Source: Chiloscyllium plagiosum (lineage: Eukaryota). From it: a stretch of DNA of 20,000 bases. A model generated the notes under the pieces. The model searched no databases. It worked only from the letters and a program-made list of their open reading frames with translations, and had not been told where the DNA came from. This document shows positions 19,502 through 20,000 of the stretch, piece by piece. The stretch is from contig NC_057719.1 in the NCBI RefSeq assembly GCF_004010195.1, positions 25,111,038 through 25,131,037 of the forward strand, read 5' to 3'. A program made the position numbers and the translations under genes. Numbering within the stretch: position 1 is the stretch's first letter; each line of letters begins with the position of its first letter.

Positions 19502-20000
19502 TAGAGTCATAGAGATGTACAGCATGGAAACAGACCCTTCGGTCCAACCCGTCCATGCCGATCAGATATCCCAACCCAATCTAGTCCCACCTGCCAGCAC
19601 CCGGCCCATATCCCTCCAAACCCTTCCTGTTCATTTACCCATCCAAATGCCTCTTAAATGTTGCAATTGTGCCACACTCCACCACTTCCTCTGGCAGCTC
19701 ATTCCATACACGTACCACCCTCTGTGTGAAAATGTTGCCCCTTAGGTCCCTTTTATATCTTTCCCCTCTCACCCTAAACCTATGCCCTCTAGTTCTGGAC
19801 TCCCCAACCCCAGGGAACAGACTTTGCCTATTTATCCTATCCATGCCCCTCATAATTTTGTAAACCTCTATAAGGTCACCCCTCAGCCTCCTCCGCTCCA
19901 GGGAAAACAGCCCCAGCCTGTTCAGCCTCTCCCCATAGCTCAAATCCTCCAACACTGGCAACATCCTTGTAAATCTTTTCTGAACCCTTTGAAGTTTCAC
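19502..20000 (-). mobile_element. Relatively young CR1/HER1-type LINE 3' end; continues beyond the window
   Basis: ORF 19635-20000 reads RVQKRFTRMLP..LSYGERLNRLGLFSLERRRLRGDLIEVYKIM..FTQRVVRVWNELPEEVV..FKRHLDG. The stop is premature relative to the 14621 copy (DGYMNRKG). 3' UTR ends in (CTATGACT)-like repeats. Confidence 0.95.

Noticed and set aside
1..20000. CRISPR array or prokaryotic operon/defence system
   Set aside because: No regularly spaced repeat-spacer array, very low coding density, and spliceosomal signals and vertebrate retroelements throughout.

Overview
Eukaryotic, AT-rich intronic DNA, most likely from a shark or other cartilaginous fish (inferred from the repeat families: HE1-type V-SINEs, CR1/HER1-type LINEs, Deu-domain SINE, several Penelope-like element (PLE) families). 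The only host coding sequence I can support is a 25-nt + strand microexon at 11359-11383 encoding (R)KRGIDVVQ. It matches the short exon of ITPK1 in sequence, length and phase, so the window probably lies in the two ITPK1 introns flanking it. The most notable structure is a set of six fold-back (inverted-repeat) PLE insertions plus one tiny 78-bp one, from at least three families. Five have 12-20 bp target-site duplications, and most carry minimal hammerhead ribozyme (HHR) motifs. In three of them the inversion point lies in or next to the HHR. The only two intact HHR cores are antisense to the host gene. In one hairpin the sense arm differs from the antisense arm at 7 of 29 ribozyme positions but at only 1 of the adjacent 42. 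Family names come from my recall of consensus motifs, not from database searches.
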